A DNA stretch of 63,482 bases, the filler included, from Reticulomyxa filosa (lineage: Eukaryota > Protista > Foraminifera): the NCBI GenBank assembly GCA_000512085.1. It is 21 parts of 21 records of this genome, joined end to end, with 100 filler letters (N's around TTAATTAATTAA, not from the genome) between each part and the next. Parts side by side here need not be neighbours in the genome. Positions count along the whole stretch, not along the records: positions 62,371 to 63,482 come from ASPP01023527.1; 20 more parts are not named here. The stretch is one strand, 5' to 3'. A program made the translations under genes and the position numbers. The notes below the pieces were generated by a model. It searched no databases. It saw only the letters and a list, made by a program, of their open reading frames with translations, and was not told the origin of the DNA. Positions 63,441 to 63,482 of this stretch are shown here, piece by piece (position 1 is the stretch's first letter; every line of letters begins with the position of its first letter).

Positions 63441-63482
63441 AAAAAAAAAAAAAAATGTACAAAAAAAAAAAAAAAAAAAAAA

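Noticed and set aside
1-63482. Alternative genetic code (stop reassignment) as the explanation for the broken genes
   Set aside because: Conserved genes have long stop-free exons and end in TAA, TAG or TGA. The broken loci need frameshifts, not just readthrough.
1-63482. tRNA, rRNA or snRNA genes
   Set aside because: No cloverleaf or extended conserved RNA motif is recognisable by eye. tRNAscan-SE and Infernal would be needed to exclude them.

Overview
This window is not one locus. It is 21 short, AT-rich eukaryotic contigs joined by 20 artificial 100-nt linkers (N44-TTAATTAATTAA-N44), so gene order across linkers means nothing. The spliceosomal introns, long homopolymers and expanded WD40, Kelch and TRAF-type families point to a protist; they resemble the foraminiferan Reticulomyxa filosa, but that is an inference. 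Recognisable genes or gene fragments: a MAPEG protein, an ADP-ribosyltransferase-like protein, eIF3c, TMEM184/OSTalpha, WD40 proteins, an RNF213-like AAA+ ATPase, a pepsin-type protease, an SDR, a DEP+EF-hand protein, a POT/PTR transporter, CDP-DAG synthase, a CBS-domain protein, a SAM-domain protein, WDR6/Trm734, ECHS1, a RanBP2 zinc-finger protein and a PPR protein. There are also many decayed copies (SERCA, ABC1 kinase, WD40, Kelch, TRAF), Tc1 transposase remnants, nested TIR elements and a MITE. Two unexplained signals stand out. First, three unlinked, highly divergent, frameshifted loci share a conserved ~100-nt upstream leader. Second, many introns carry a poly-A tract, often preceded by poly-T, where the polypyrimidine tract would normally sit.
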